Positions 63,823 through 64,000 of a stretch of 64,000 bases of DNA are shown piece by piece. The stretch is from NCBI GenBank assembly GCA_963705305.1, contig OY970067.1, positions 4,448,001 to 4,512,000 on the forward strand, read 5' to 3'. How positions within the stretch are numbered: position 1 is the stretch's first letter; each line of letters opens with the position of its first letter. The DNA comes from an uncultured Methylomirabilota bacterium. Its GTDB lineage: Bacteria; Methylomirabilota; Methylomirabilia; Methylomirabilales; 2-02-FULL-66-22. Made by a program: the position numbers and the translations under genes. The notes under the pieces were generated by a model that searched no databases, had not been told where the DNA came from, and saw nothing but the letters and a program-made list of their open reading frames with translations.

Positions 63823-64000
63823 ATGATCGACCTGTACACGCTGCTGGTCTTCATGATCATCGGGGCGCTGGTGGCCCTCGAGCTGACGGATCTGCTCTCG
63901 GCGGTCGTCTCGGTCAGCGCCGTGGGCCTGGGCATTTCGATGACGTTCCTGGTCCTCAAGGCCCCCGAGGTGGCCATCACGCAGCTGGTGGTGGAGATCC
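63823..64000 (+). CDS. DUF4040/MbhD-like Mrp small membrane subunit (partial)
   Basis: Manual translation MIDLYTLLVFMIIGALVALELTDLLSAVV...LKAPEVAITQLVVEI (APxVAxTQ motif). Confidence 0.75.
   Translation, partial: MIDLYTLLVFMIIGALVALELTDLLSAVVSVSAVGLGISMTFLVLKAPEVAITQLVVEI

Overview
GC-rich bacterial chromosomal window from a Gram-negative lineage; the gene order and repeat types suggest a Methylomirabilota/Rokubacteria-like organism, which is inference only. It has four blocks. (1) 1-23.7 kb, minus strand: an envelope/LPS superoperon, lysS-lolE-lolD-clpC-bamA-skp-lpxD-fabZ-lpxA-lpxI-gnnA-like-lpxB-DUF374-waaA-lpxK-lpxL-waaF/gmhB-waaC-DUF3108-epimerase. (2) 24.1-40.4 kb: an accessory island. 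It holds a roughly 2,000-aa beta-helix/Kelch/Ig-repeat exported protein split by an IS1380 element, then a lipoprotein and a secreted Zn-dependent phospholipase C/P1-nuclease-like protein. These are followed by a RAYT-type HUH transposase inside perfect 25-bp inverted repeats, and then ggt, a dienelactone hydrolase and an orphan exported protein separated by related REP-like sites. (3) 40.5-51.5 kb, minus strand: housekeeping genes rplM-rpsI-argC-argJ-rpsB-tsf-pyrH-frr-cdsA-lnt-prfB. (4) 52-64 kb, plus strand: a group 3b [NiFe]-hydrogenase operon, then a terminator-containing, riboswitch-like leader and a group 4 Mrp-linked membrane [NiFe]-hydrogenase operon headed by HydB/HydG-like NAD(P)H modules. 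The best candidates for undescribed systems are the giant protein/lipoprotein/PLC-like triad with its RAYT-REP neighbourhood and the leader-controlled hybrid hydrogenase. Intergenic regions carry a modular MITE family and 7-mer/9-mer repeats. Four single-base frameshifts may be sequencing errors.
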